A DNA stretch of 64,000 bases from Gaiellaceae bacterium (GTDB lineage Bacteria > Actinomycetota > Thermoleophilia > Gaiellales > Gaiellaceae): contig DATAEF010000007.1 in NCBI GenBank assembly GCA_036258155.1, forward strand, positions 16,250 through 80,249. The letters run 5' to 3'. Position numbers and translations under genes: made by a program. Numbering within the stretch: position 1 is the first letter of the stretch; the number at the start of each line of letters is the position of its first letter. Below, piece after piece: positions 56,383-64,000 of the stretch. The notes beneath the pieces were generated by a model. That model saw nothing but the letters and a program-made list of their open reading frames with translations, searched no databases and was not told the origin of the DNA.

Positions 56383-56892
56383 CTACGTCGGAGCGACACG
56401 GCGGGCACCGATCAGGCGTCCGCCGTAGCCCGGCTCACCGAGTCGGACGACTTCGACGTTCCGACCCGTCTGTGGCGCGTGCACCATCCGGCCCCGTCCG
56501 AGATAGAGGCCCACGTGTCCGAGGCCCTCGAAGAAGAGAACGTCGCCCGGCTCCATACGAGAGGTCGGCACGCGCCGGCCTTCGTCGTACAACGCGTAGG
56601 AGCTGTGCGGAAGGTCGATCCCGACGCGACCGTACGCCCAGCGGACGAGCCCCGAGCAGTCGAATCCGCTCGCCGGAGACTCGCCGCCCCAGCGGTACGG
56701 CACACCGACCACCTTGAGCGCGACCTGAACGGCGCGCTCACCCTTCGTCGGAGCTTCCTCCTCGAGCACGGAATGCGCGTCGCGTGGGTCCCACCCCTCG
56801 TCGCCGAGGGCAGCAGCAGGGACGACCGCACAGGTGACGACACCCGCAAGGGCGAACGTGAACAGGCGGCTGCGGAGGCGGGTCGTCGACAT
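56383..56892 (-). CDS. NlpC/P60-family peptidoglycan endopeptidase
   Basis: Signal peptide MSTTRLRSRLFTFALAGVVTCAVVPAAALG. Catalytic region: VGVPYRWGGESPASGFDCSGLVRWAY...GDVLFFEGLGHVGLYLGRGRMVHAP. Confidence 0.85.
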   Translation of the reverse strand: MSTTRLRSRLFTFALAGVVTCAVVPAAALGDEGWDPRDAHSVLEEEAPTKGERAVQVALKVVGVPYRWGGESPASGFDCSGLVRWAYGRVGIDLPHSSYALYDEGRRVPTSRMEPGDVLFFEGLGHVGLYLGRGRMVHAPQTGRNVEVVRLGEPGYGGRLIGARRVAPT

Positions 56893-57167
56893 GGAAAGAG
56901 AACGACGGTTCGCATTCGCACGCGAAGAAGGCACGCGACACGAACCTGGTCTGTTCGAGAAGGTCAGATCGTAGTCGGAGAGGCAGCCGCGTCAACCCCC
57001 CTAGTGCTCCTCACGCAACGAGCAGCCATGTCGCGAGGGGGCGCTGGGCGCCACGATGCTGCGTCCTCGGTCGCGCCCACCCTTGTTTCGGTATGGGCGC
57101 TCCCTGCGTCCTTGCCTCCCGGCGCCCATCATCCGCCTCGCGACGGGCGATCATTCCGTTGGATGCT

Positions 57168-57938
57168 CTATGCGGTTCGCGAAGCGACGGCGTCGACGAG
57201 TCCGCGGAGCACGCCCGTATCTCCGCGAACGGCGTCGAGGTGCTCGCGGGCTCGGTCGGCAGCGCTGTCCGCCAGCTGACTCACCGCGTCGGGCGGGAGG
57301 CGCGAGGCGACTCCGTCCCCGTCCAGGATGTCGTCCACGACCTGGAACAGAAGCCCGACATCCGCACCGAAAGCACGCCACGGGCCCTGACCCTCGTCCG
57401 CAACGCCCGCCACCCTGAGCCCGAGGCCGACCGAGGCGGCAAACAGTCGACCCGTCTTCAGGCGGTGGAGCTCCGCGAGATCGCCGTCGTCGCCCGTGAT
57501 GTCGAGGTACTGGCCGCCAAGCATGCCGAGCGTGGCGTCGACGAGCTCTCGTGCGACTCCCGGGTCATCGTAGGTGAGAGCGAGCCGGACTGCCTCTGCG
57601 AGCATCGCGTCACCGGCGAGCAGCGCGACTCCCTCGCCGAAGGCAACGTGCGCGCTCGGACGGCCACGCCGCTCCGAGTCGTCGTCCATCGCCGGAAGGT
57701 CGTCGTGAACGAGTGAGAACGTGTGCACGAGCTCGAGCGCAGCAGCGGCGGGAAGCGCCTGCTCGACGACTCCCCCCGTGGCCTGCGTCACCGCGAGACA
57801 GAGCACGGGCCGAATCCGCTTTCCCCCCGGCTCGAGCGAGTAGCGCAACGCCTCCTCGAGCCGCCCGAGCGACGACGAGAGCGGAAGCGCGCCTACGTAC
57901 GCCTCGAAGTCGGCGCGGAGCTCCTCAGCCGTCCGCAT
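57168..57938 (-). CDS. polyprenyl (farnesyl/geranylgeranyl) diphosphate synthase
   Basis: GGKRIRPVL...LVHTFSLVHDDLPAMDDDSERRGRPS (first DDxxD region)...GLLFQVVDDILD (second DDxxD). The start is at the internal ATG 57938. Confidence 0.85.
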   Translation of the reverse strand: MRTAEELRADFEAYVGALPLSSSLGRLEEALRYSLEPGGKRIRPVLCLAVTQATGGVVEQALPAAAALELVHTFSLVHDDLPAMDDDSERRGRPSAHVAFGEGVALLAGDAMLAEAVRLALTYDDPGVARELVDATLGMLGGQYLDITGDDGDLAELHRLKTGRLFAASVGLGLRVAGVADEGQGPWRAFGADVGLLFQVVDDILDGDGVASRLPPDAVSQLADSAADRAREHLDAVRGDTGVLRGLVDAVASRTA

Positions 57939-58131
57939 CGGCGATCGCCCGTGCGCGGGTGAGCTCGGCCTCGATCTGCCGGGCGAGCTCGGCCAGCTCA
58001 GTGATGACCTCGACCGCTTCGCTCCCGTCGACGTCGTCCGCGTCGGCAAGTCGCTCGAGCTCCTCGCGGCGCTCGTTGAGGCGGCCGAGCAGCTCCTCGG
58101 CGCGAGCGAGCGCTTCATCGACGCCTGTCAC
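57925..58131 (-). CDS. small acidic coiled-coil protein in the xseB position; identity uncertain
   Basis: MTGVDEALARAEELLGRLNERREELERLADADDVDGSEAVEVITELAELARQIEAELTRARAIADADG. Its size and its position (between nusB and the polyprenyl synthase gene) match xseB of Firmicutes. The usual LE.G.L.LEE motif is not evident. Confidence 0.4.
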   Translation of the reverse strand: MTGVDEALARAEELLGRLNERREELERLADADDVDGSEAVEVITELAELARQIEAELTRARAIADADG

Positions 58132-58517
58132 GCGGCGTCCACCTCACCTGCGATTCGTCCGAGGATGCCGTTCACCAGACGTGCCGCATCTTCCGATGCA
58201 TAGCGCTTCGCCAGCACGACAGCCTCGTTGATCGCCACCTCGCGGGGCACCGTTCCCTGTTCGAGCTCGTAGACACCGATCCGCAGGATATTGCGCTCGA
58301 GCGTACCCAGCCGATCGGCCGGCCAGTCCGGAGACGATTCGGTCACGCGCCGGTCGAGCTCTGGCGCTCGGCCGGCGACCGTCGACGCGAGGTCGCGGGC
58401 GAACTCGTCCGGCTCGCCCTCGAAGAGTGAGGCGAGCTCCTGACCGGTGAGATCCCATTGGTACAGGAGAAAGAGCGCCTGCCGGCGGCCGGCCTTTCGG
58501 CCTATCGGAGCACTCAC
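58128..58517 (-). CDS. nusB: transcription antitermination factor NusB
   Basis: GRRQALFLLYQWDLTG...DRLGTLERNILRIGVYEL...VPREVAINEAVVLAKRYASEDAARLVNGILGRI. Confidence 0.88.
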   Translation of the reverse strand: MSAPIGRKAGRRQALFLLYQWDLTGQELASLFEGEPDEFARDLASTVAGRAPELDRRVTESSPDWPADRLGTLERNILRIGVYELEQGTVPREVAINEAVVLAKRYASEDAARLVNGILGRIAGEVDAA

Positions 58518-59872
58518 GAGGGCGAGAGCGAGGGCACGCGCCCCTCGAGCTCGGACAGAGTCGACGTCGAGTACTCGCCGCTTTCGAACTCGCGCGAGCG
58601 GAGGACGTCGAGCGCGACCTCGCGTGTCGTGGGGATGCCCTCGATCTCGAGCTCCTCGAGCGCACGAACGGATCGCGCCACCGCAGCCGGACGCGACTCG
58701 TCCCAGACGATCACCTTCGCGATCATCGAGTCGTAGAACGGCGGGATCTCGCTTCCGTCCGAGACCGCCGTGTCCACTCGAACGCCTGCGCCGAGCGGTG
58801 GCACGAACCTCCGCACGATCCCGGGCGCCGGGAGGAAGCCCCGAGCCGGATCCTCGGCGTTGATCCGAATCTCGATGGCGTGGCCGCGGCGAGGGGCTCG
58901 TCCCGTGAGCTCGAGCCGCTCGCCGGCAGCGATCCGTACCTGCTCGCGCACGATGTCGATCCCCGTGACGAGCTCCGATACCGGGTGCTCGACCTGGAGG
59001 CGGCAGTTCACCTCGATGAAGTAGAAGCTGCCATCCGACCCGACGAGGAACTCGAAGGTCCCGGCGTTGCGGTACCCGATTTCACGACAGGCGTGCTCGA
59101 CCGCTTCCTCCATCTCGGCCCGCGTCTCGTCGTCGATCCCCGGCGACGGCGACTCCTCGACGAGCTTCTGATGCCTGCGTTGGATCGAGCACTCGCGCTC
59201 CCCGAGAGTCAGGACCCGGCCCTCTCCGTCGCACAGGACCTGGATCTCGACGTGCCTGGCAGGCGACACGAGCTTCTCCACGTACAGGGCGCCGTTTCCA
59301 AAGGAGGCGTCCGCCTCGGCGCTCGCGGCGCCGAACGCGTCCGGGAGCTCGTCCTCGGAGGTGACCAGCCGCATTCCCGTGCCGCCTCCCCCAGCCGCAG
59401 CCTTGAGCAGCACGGGGAAGCCAGCCTCGATCGCCGCGCGGCGGAGGTCGCTCAGACCCGCGGTACCGTCGGAGCCGGGCACGAGCGGGACCCCGGCTCC
59501 GCGCAGTGCCTCCTTCGCTCGCACCTTGTCCCCCATCTGCTCGACGACGTCCGGGGTGGGGCCGATGAAGACGAGGTCCGAGCCCTCGCATGCCCGGACG
59601 AACGCGGCATTCTCGGCCAGGAAGCCGTAGCCTGGGTGCACCGCCTCGCAGCCCGTGGTCTCGGCTGCCGCCACGACGTTCGAGATCACGAGGTAGCTGT
59701 CGGTGGCGGGTGGAGGGCCGATGCAGACGGCCTGGTCTGCAAGCCGCACGTGGAGGGCATCACGATCGGCGGTCGAGTAGACGGCGACCGCCTCCGCTCC
59801 CAGCTCGTGGAGCGCGCGGATCACCCGCACGGCGATCTCGCCCCGGTTCGCGACGAGGACGCGCGAGAACAT
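58514..59872 (-). CDS. accC: biotin carboxylase subunit (acetyl-CoA / pyruvate carboxylase type)
   Basis: MFSRVLVANRGEIAVRVIRALHELG...HPGYGFLAENAAF...VLLKAAAGGGGTGMR...EVNCRLQVEHPVSE. Confidence 0.9.
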   Translation of the reverse strand: MFSRVLVANRGEIAVRVIRALHELGAEAVAVYSTADRDALHVRLADQAVCIGPPPATDSYLVISNVVAAAETTGCEAVHPGYGFLAENAAFVRACEGSDLVFIGPTPDVVEQMGDKVRAKEALRGAGVPLVPGSDGTAGLSDLRRAAIEAGFPVLLKAAAGGGGTGMRLVTSEDELPDAFGAASAEADASFGNGALYVEKLVSPARHVEIQVLCDGEGRVLTLGERECSIQRRHQKLVEESPSPGIDDETRAEMEEAVEHACREIGYRNAGTFEFLVGSDGSFYFIEVNCRLQVEHPVSELVTGIDIVREQVRIAAGERLELTGRAPRRGHAIEIRINAEDPARGFLPAPGIVRRFVPPLGAGVRVDTAVSDGSEIPPFYDSMIAKVIVWDESRPAAVARSVRALEELEIEGIPTTREVALDVLRSREFESGEYSTSTLSELEGRVPSLSPS

Positions 59873-59883
59873 GTGCGCCGCCC

Positions 59884-61689
59884 CTAGACCGCCGGGGGCA
59901 CGAGGATCGGTTCGATCTCGAAGAGAAGCTGACCGAACTCGACCGGCTCCGCGTTCTCGACGTGAATCGACCGTACCGTGCCGGCGGCTTCGGCCTTCAG
60001 CTCGTTGAAGAGCTTCATCGCCTCGAGGATGCAGAGTGTCTGGCCCGGAAGAACGATGTCCCCGATGTCCACGAACACCGGCGCGCCCGGATTCGGTGCG
60101 CGGAAGAAGACCCCCACCATCGGCGACTCGACACGGACGACGCCGTCCGCCGCTTCCGGCTCGACGCCCGCGACGACCACGTCTGCGTCACCCGGGGAGC
60201 CGGTGCCGACGGTGGCCGGCACGGGCTCGTCCGCACGACGGACGGAGACGCGCATGCCCTCGTCCTCGATCTCGATCTCACCGACGCCCGACTCCTGCAC
60301 GATCTTGACGAGCTCGCGAATCCGCTCGCCGCGCTCGGCGTCGGCGTCCTCCGCGACGAGCACGGTGTCCGGCGAGTGGCGCGCGCGGATCTTGTGGAGA
60401 AGCTGCTCGGCATCCGTGCCGAACATCGCGATGAGGACGAGCTCCTCTTCGCTCGCGGCAAGTCCCTCCGCCTGCTCGCGCACGTCCTCGGTCGTCACCG
60501 GGTCCTCGGCGGGTAGCGACCGTGGTGACAGAAGCTCGACCGCGCGCTCGACAGTCGGGTCGATCGGCTCCGGGGTCACGCCGTAGCCGCCCTGTACCAG
60601 CTCGCGAAACTCGTCGATGACGGTGCCGTAGCGCCTCGCGTCCAAAACGTGGAGCAAGGCCTGCGACGCGAGAATCTGTCCGATCGGCGCTGCGAGCGGA
60701 GGCCATCCCGCCTCGGCGCGCACCCGGCCGACTTCCTCGAGCACCTCGAGCAGGCGATCCGCGGCGGCATGCGCGCGCAGATGGAACTCGAGAGCCGCGA
60801 CGAGCCCGGCCGGCAGGTCGTACTCGGCGGCGCGGACGGCGATCCTGGGCGCCACCGGAGCGACCGGCTCGTCCCCGATGTGCTCGTCGATGACATCGGC
60901 GGCGTCCCAGAGCTTCGCTGCGTCGAGGCCGGTCGCATGACCGAGTCCGTCGAGCGACTCGGCGAGGGACTCGCCCGAGACTCGGTGGAGCGCCAGCGCG
61001 AGCGGATAGACAGCGGTCGCGACGAGGTCGGCCCCCGCCTCGACCGCGGCTATCGCCGACGCGAGACCGACCCCCGCCGAGCCCTGGACGTAGAAGCCGA
61101 CAGGAAGCTCGCTCGCCGCCTTGATGCGTCCGACCAGCTCCTGCGCCCTGTGCGGCACGAGCGCGCCTGTCGGATCGTTGACGATCACGCGGGTTGCGCC
61201 GAGCTCGGGCAGCTTGCGCGCCTGCTCGACGAGCGTGTCCGTCTCTCCCGTTCGGCCCGGGCTGTAGACGAGCCCCGCGTGGAATGCGCCGCCCGCATTC
61301 GTGATCGCGGCACCCGCCTCGCGGAGGTTCGAGACGTCGTTGAGCGGGTCGTGAAGCCGGAAGACCTCGATTCCGTTCTCGGCTGCGCACGAGACGAATC
61401 GTCCGACGATGTCGCCCGAAACGGGTCGCGAGCCGACGAGAAAGCGGCCGCGCAGGGCGATCCCCAGCGGTGTCGAGACGCGCGCCTTGATCGCGCGGAT
61501 GCGCTCCCACGGGCTCTCGACACGACGCCGGACGGCCGCGTCGAAGACGCCGCCGCCCGAGACCTCGAGGCATGCGAATCCAGCCTCGTCGAGGATCTCG
61601 GCCACACGCAGGACCTCTCCGGTCGGCAGCGCGCCGGCGAGCGGCTCCTGCGAGAGCAGGCGAATCGTCGTATCGACCAGCTTTGGCAC
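59884..61689 (-). CDS. fusion of a PycB/OadA-like carboxyltransferase (HMGL-type TIM barrel) domain, apparently lacking the metal ligands, with a C-terminal AccB-type biotin carboxyl carrier domain
   Basis: N-terminus: MPKLVDTTIRLLSQEPLAGALPTGEVLRVAEILDEAGFACLEVSGGGVFDAAVRRRVESPWERIRAIK...IEVFRLHDPLNDV...VIVNDPTGAL...VGFYVQGSAGVGLA. C-terminus: VESPMVGVFFRAPNPGAPVFVDIGDIVLPGQTLCILEAMKLFNELKAEAAGTV (biotinyl-Lys motif). Confidence 0.8.
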   Translation of the reverse strand: MPKLVDTTIRLLSQEPLAGALPTGEVLRVAEILDEAGFACLEVSGGGVFDAAVRRRVESPWERIRAIKARVSTPLGIALRGRFLVGSRPVSGDIVGRFVSCAAENGIEVFRLHDPLNDVSNLREAGAAITNAGGAFHAGLVYSPGRTGETDTLVEQARKLPELGATRVIVNDPTGALVPHRAQELVGRIKAASELPVGFYVQGSAGVGLASAIAAVEAGADLVATAVYPLALALHRVSGESLAESLDGLGHATGLDAAKLWDAADVIDEHIGDEPVAPVAPRIAVRAAEYDLPAGLVAALEFHLRAHAAADRLLEVLEEVGRVRAEAGWPPLAAPIGQILASQALLHVLDARRYGTVIDEFRELVQGGYGVTPEPIDPTVERAVELLSPRSLPAEDPVTTEDVREQAEGLAASEEELVLIAMFGTDAEQLLHKIRARHSPDTVLVAEDADAERGERIRELVKIVQESGVGEIEIEDEGMRVSVRRADEPVPATVGTGSPGDADVVVAGVEPEAADGVVRVESPMVGVFFRAPNPGAPVFVDIGDIVLPGQTLCILEAMKLFNELKAEAAGTVRSIHVENAEPVEFGQLLFEIEPILVPPAV

Positions 61690-61706
61690 GCGTGGACCTT
61701 AGCGGG

Positions 61707-62294
61707 CTAGCGAAGCGGAACGACCTGCTCCACAGCCCAAGGCCGTAAGAGCGTCGTCCGGGCGGCCGGGAAGCGCACGCGCTTCACCTCGCGCACGATC
61801 TGCTCGCCCATCTGCGAATCCCTGAGTGGAAGAAGCGCCTTACGCAACTCGTCCGGCCCAGGGTGCCCGCGAACGATCGCAACAGTCATGTGGGGGAGGA
61901 AGGCAGGGATATCGCACGGCGTCCCTGCCACAAGTCGACGGATCGGGCCGGCGACCTCGACAACCACCGCAGTGTGGAAGCAGTTGGCCCGCACGTAGGC
62001 GACCGAGAACGCGTCAACCTCGGGCCATCGTTCCCATGCGGGGCCGATCGGGTCGGTGGTGCCGATCCAGACGTGAAGAAAGTGATCTGGTACTGGCACG
62101 AGCCAACCCAGATGCGAGATGGCACTCTGCATCTCTGCGGCGGCACACTTGACCGGGGTCGACGGCTCGATCACCCAGCCCTCGAGCACTGCCTTTTCGT
62201 CCTCGTCGAACTGCTCGAAGAAGTCCTCGAGTGGATCGACACGACCGAGAAAGTGGTTCCAAGCCTGGTCGAAGCTCGTGAAGAGCTCGCCCAC
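61707..62294 (-). CDS. hypothetical protein (195 aa); weak 2H-phosphoesterase-like motif
   Basis: MGELFTSFDQAWNHFLGRVDPLEDFFEQFDEDE...FLHVWIG...PHMTVAIVRG. There is one clear H-x-T-x motif and one degenerate one. The assignment is tentative. Confidence 0.5.
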   Translation of the reverse strand: MGELFTSFDQAWNHFLGRVDPLEDFFEQFDEDEKAVLEGWVIEPSTPVKCAAAEMQSAISHLGWLVPVPDHFLHVWIGTTDPIGPAWERWPEVDAFSVAYVRANCFHTAVVVEVAGPIRRLVAGTPCDIPAFLPHMTVAIVRGHPGPDELRKALLPLRDSQMGEQIVREVKRVRFPAARTTLLRPWAVEQVVPLR

Positions 62295-62299
62295 TTGTG

Positions 62300-62875
62300 T
62301 CAGGCGCGGGAGATGTAGCGGCCCTCGCGGGGATCGACCTTGATCCGCTCGCCGCGGTCGACGAAGAGCGGAACCTGCACGACCGCCCCAGTCTCGAGGG
62401 TCGCGGGCTTCGTCACGTTCGTGACCGTGTCACCTCGCACCGCAGGCTCCGTCTCCGTTACGGCAAGCTCGACCGACGCCGGCAACTGGAGCCCCGCGGG
62501 CTTGCCGTCGACCGCAAGCATCTGCACCGAGCTCGAGGGCGCGAGGTATGCGAGCTCGCCGGCGACGTCCGCGTGCGGAAGACCGAACTGCTCGAAGCTC
62601 GTCTCGTCCATGAAGTGCGCCTCGGAGCCGTCGTCGTAGAGGAACTGGACGCTCTTCACCTCGGTGTGGACGCGCGCGAACTTCTCGCCAGCACGGAATG
62701 TGCGGTCCACGACCGCGCCCGACTCGAGCGCCTTCAGCTTCGTCCGCACGAACGCGCCGCCCTTCCCCGGCTTCACGTGCTGGAACTCGACGATGCGCCA
62801 TACCGAGCCGTCGAGCTCGATGTGCATCCCGTTTCGGAACTGGTTCGTGGAGACGGTCTCGGCCATGACCGCGGG
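62300..62875 (-). CDS. efp: elongation factor P
   Basis: MAETVSTNQFRNGMHIELDGSVWRIVEFQHVKPGKGGAFVRTKLKALESGAVVDRTFRAGEKF... Confidence 0.92.
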   Translation of the reverse strand, partial: PAVMAETVSTNQFRNGMHIELDGSVWRIVEFQHVKPGKGGAFVRTKLKALESGAVVDRTFRAGEKFARVHTEVKSVQFLYDDGSEAHFMDETSFEQFGLPHADVAGELAYLAPSSSVQMLAVDGKPAGLQLPASVELAVTETEPAVRGDTVTNVTKPATLETGAVVQVPLFVDRGERIKVDPREGRYISRA

Positions 62876-62892
62876 CATTGTAGGGCCCGCCC

Positions 62893-63912
62893 TCAGTCGA
62901 CCGTCAGGAGCTCCTTCGTGAACTCGGTGAGCCGCTCGCACCCCTGCGCGGTCACGAGCACGAGATCCTCGATCCGAACGCCCGCGTCCCCCGGAAGGTA
63001 GATCCCGGGCTCGACCGAGACGACGTTCCCCGGCTCCAGTACGTCGGTCGACTCCGGGCGGAGAACAGGCCCCTCGTGGATCTGGAGACCGACGCCGTGC
63101 CCGAGTCCGTGGCCATAGGCCCAACCGAGCTCGGCAGCCTCGATCGCGACTCTCGACGCGGCATCGGCGTCGCTGCCACTGACTCGTGGGCCGACCGCGG
63201 CGAGACCGGCGAGCTGCGCCTCGAGACACAGCGCATAAAGCCCCGCGAGCCGCTCGGCCACGTCGCCCACGGCGAACGTGCGCGTGCAGTCGGAGCAGTA
63301 ACCGTCGACGACGCAGCCCGCATCGACGGTCACCAGCACTCCCCTTTCGATCTGGTCGTCACCGGGCACCGCGTGCGGCGACGAGCCCGTCGCGCCCGCG
63401 GCGACCACGGTCGGGAACGAGAGGCCCTCGGCTCCCGCCTCTCGGAAGCTCCGCTCGACCCACCACGCGAGGTCGCGCTCGCTCCGGCCGCTGAAGCGCT
63501 CCTGTGCGAGCGCCGCGAAGATCTCGTCGGAGAGCGCGCCCGCCCGGCGCATCGATGCGATCTCCTCCACGTCCTTCACCGCCCGGAGGGACTCGACGAG
63601 GCCGGACGACGGCACGGCGTCCACACCCGCATCGACGAGCGCTCGGTAGCCGGCATGCGGCAGGTGCGCTTCCTCGAAGGAGATGCGGCGGGAACTCAGG
63701 AGCTCGCCGATCGCCGGGAGGAGATTCCGAGCCGTCTCGACGAACCCGACGCCTTCGATCTCGCGCGCCCGAGACGAGTAGCGAAAGTCCGTGAAGAGCG
63801 TCGCACTCCCGTCCGGCTCGACGAGCACCGCTGCGTTCGAGCTCTGGAGCCCCGTCAGGTAACGGACGTTCGCCTGCCCGCCGAGGACGTACGGCGGACC
63901 CGCGACGAGCAA
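62893..63912 (-). CDS. Xaa-Pro aminopeptidase (M24B family); the N-terminus may extend further toward or beyond the right edge
   Basis: [14 protein letters not shown]...[17 protein letters not shown]...[22 protein letters not shown]. The frame stays open upstream of TTG 63912 to the window end (…[20 protein letters not shown]). Confidence 0.85.
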   Translation of the reverse strand: MLVAGPPYVLGGQANVRYLTGLQSSNAAVLVEPDGSATLFTDFRYSSRAREIEGVGFVETARNLLPAIGELLSSRRISFEEAHLPHAGYRALVDAGVDAVPSSGLVESLRAVKDVEEIASMRRAGALSDEIFAALAQERFSGRSERDLAWWVERSFREAGAEGLSFPTVVAAGATGSSPHAVPGDDQIERGVLVTVDAGCVVDGYCSDCTRTFAVGDVAERLAGLYALCLEAQLAGLAAVGPRVSGSDADAASRVAIEAAELGWAYGHGLGHGVGLQIHEGPVLRPESTDVLEPGNVVSVEPGIYLPGDAGVRIEDLVLVTAQGCERLTEFTKELLTVD

Positions 63913-64000
63913 CGGCTCGCTCAGGCGAGACGCCAGGCACTGGATCCGGCTCAGCCGCGTCCTTTCGCGAGGAACTCGAGCGCTTCGCGATAGCCGTCCG

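Noticed and set aside
56893-57167. Possible ydaO-type (cyclic-di-AMP) riboswitch in the 275-nt leader of the NlpC/P60 gene, a common association in Actinobacteria.
   Set aside because: I reverse-complemented the leader and looked for the conserved ydaO blocks (GGGGACCCA, GGGGUGAAUC, CCGAAUCCGACAGCUAAC). None is present. It only has repeated GGCGCC/GGGCGC-type stems. A cmsearch would be needed to find anything else.

Overview
High-GC chromosomal segment (G+C visibly about two-thirds or more, not computed). It probably comes from an Actinomycetota-like bacterium, possibly a deep-branching lineage. This is inferred from GC3-rich codons, frequent GTG/TTG starts, 4-nt start/stop overlaps and gene content.

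I support about 68 protein-coding genes. I recognise no rRNA, tRNA, CRISPR array, transposase or integrase.

Contents:
- Housekeeping block with a Firmicute-like order on the minus strand: pepP-like, efp, accB-position gene, accC, nusB, small ORF, polyprenyl synthase ... tlyA, nadK, [1.5-kb insert], recN, pyrG.
- DNA repair genes: dnaE2, imuB with tandem LexA boxes, recO, mutM, recN.
- Central metabolism: ppdK and its regulatory kinase, ald, deoA, deoB, glyQS.
- A sugar ABC-uptake/GH13 locus, an ABC-2 exporter with a two-component system, and several accessory patches (16-19 kb, 23.8-27.7 kb, 52.7-54.2 kb).

Most notable observations:
1. A 72-nt palindromic repeat sits in frame in two unrelated, divergently transcribed genes (dnaE2 and a bicupin gene). 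The two copies form inverted repeats.
2. The accB-position gene encodes an AccB-type biotin carrier fused to a PycB/OadA-like carboxyltransferase barrel whose metal ligands all appear substituted.
3. A small integrase-less insert between nadK and recN carries an excisionase-type HTH gene and dense phased short repeats.
4. The SOS mutasome locus is split, lacks imuA, and has an apparently leaderless, doubly LexA-boxed imuB.

Many long Arg/Ala/Pro-rich ORFs in the six-frame track are antisense or out-of-frame artefacts of high GC and are not reported. All functional calls rest on my reading of translated motifs; no database search was run.
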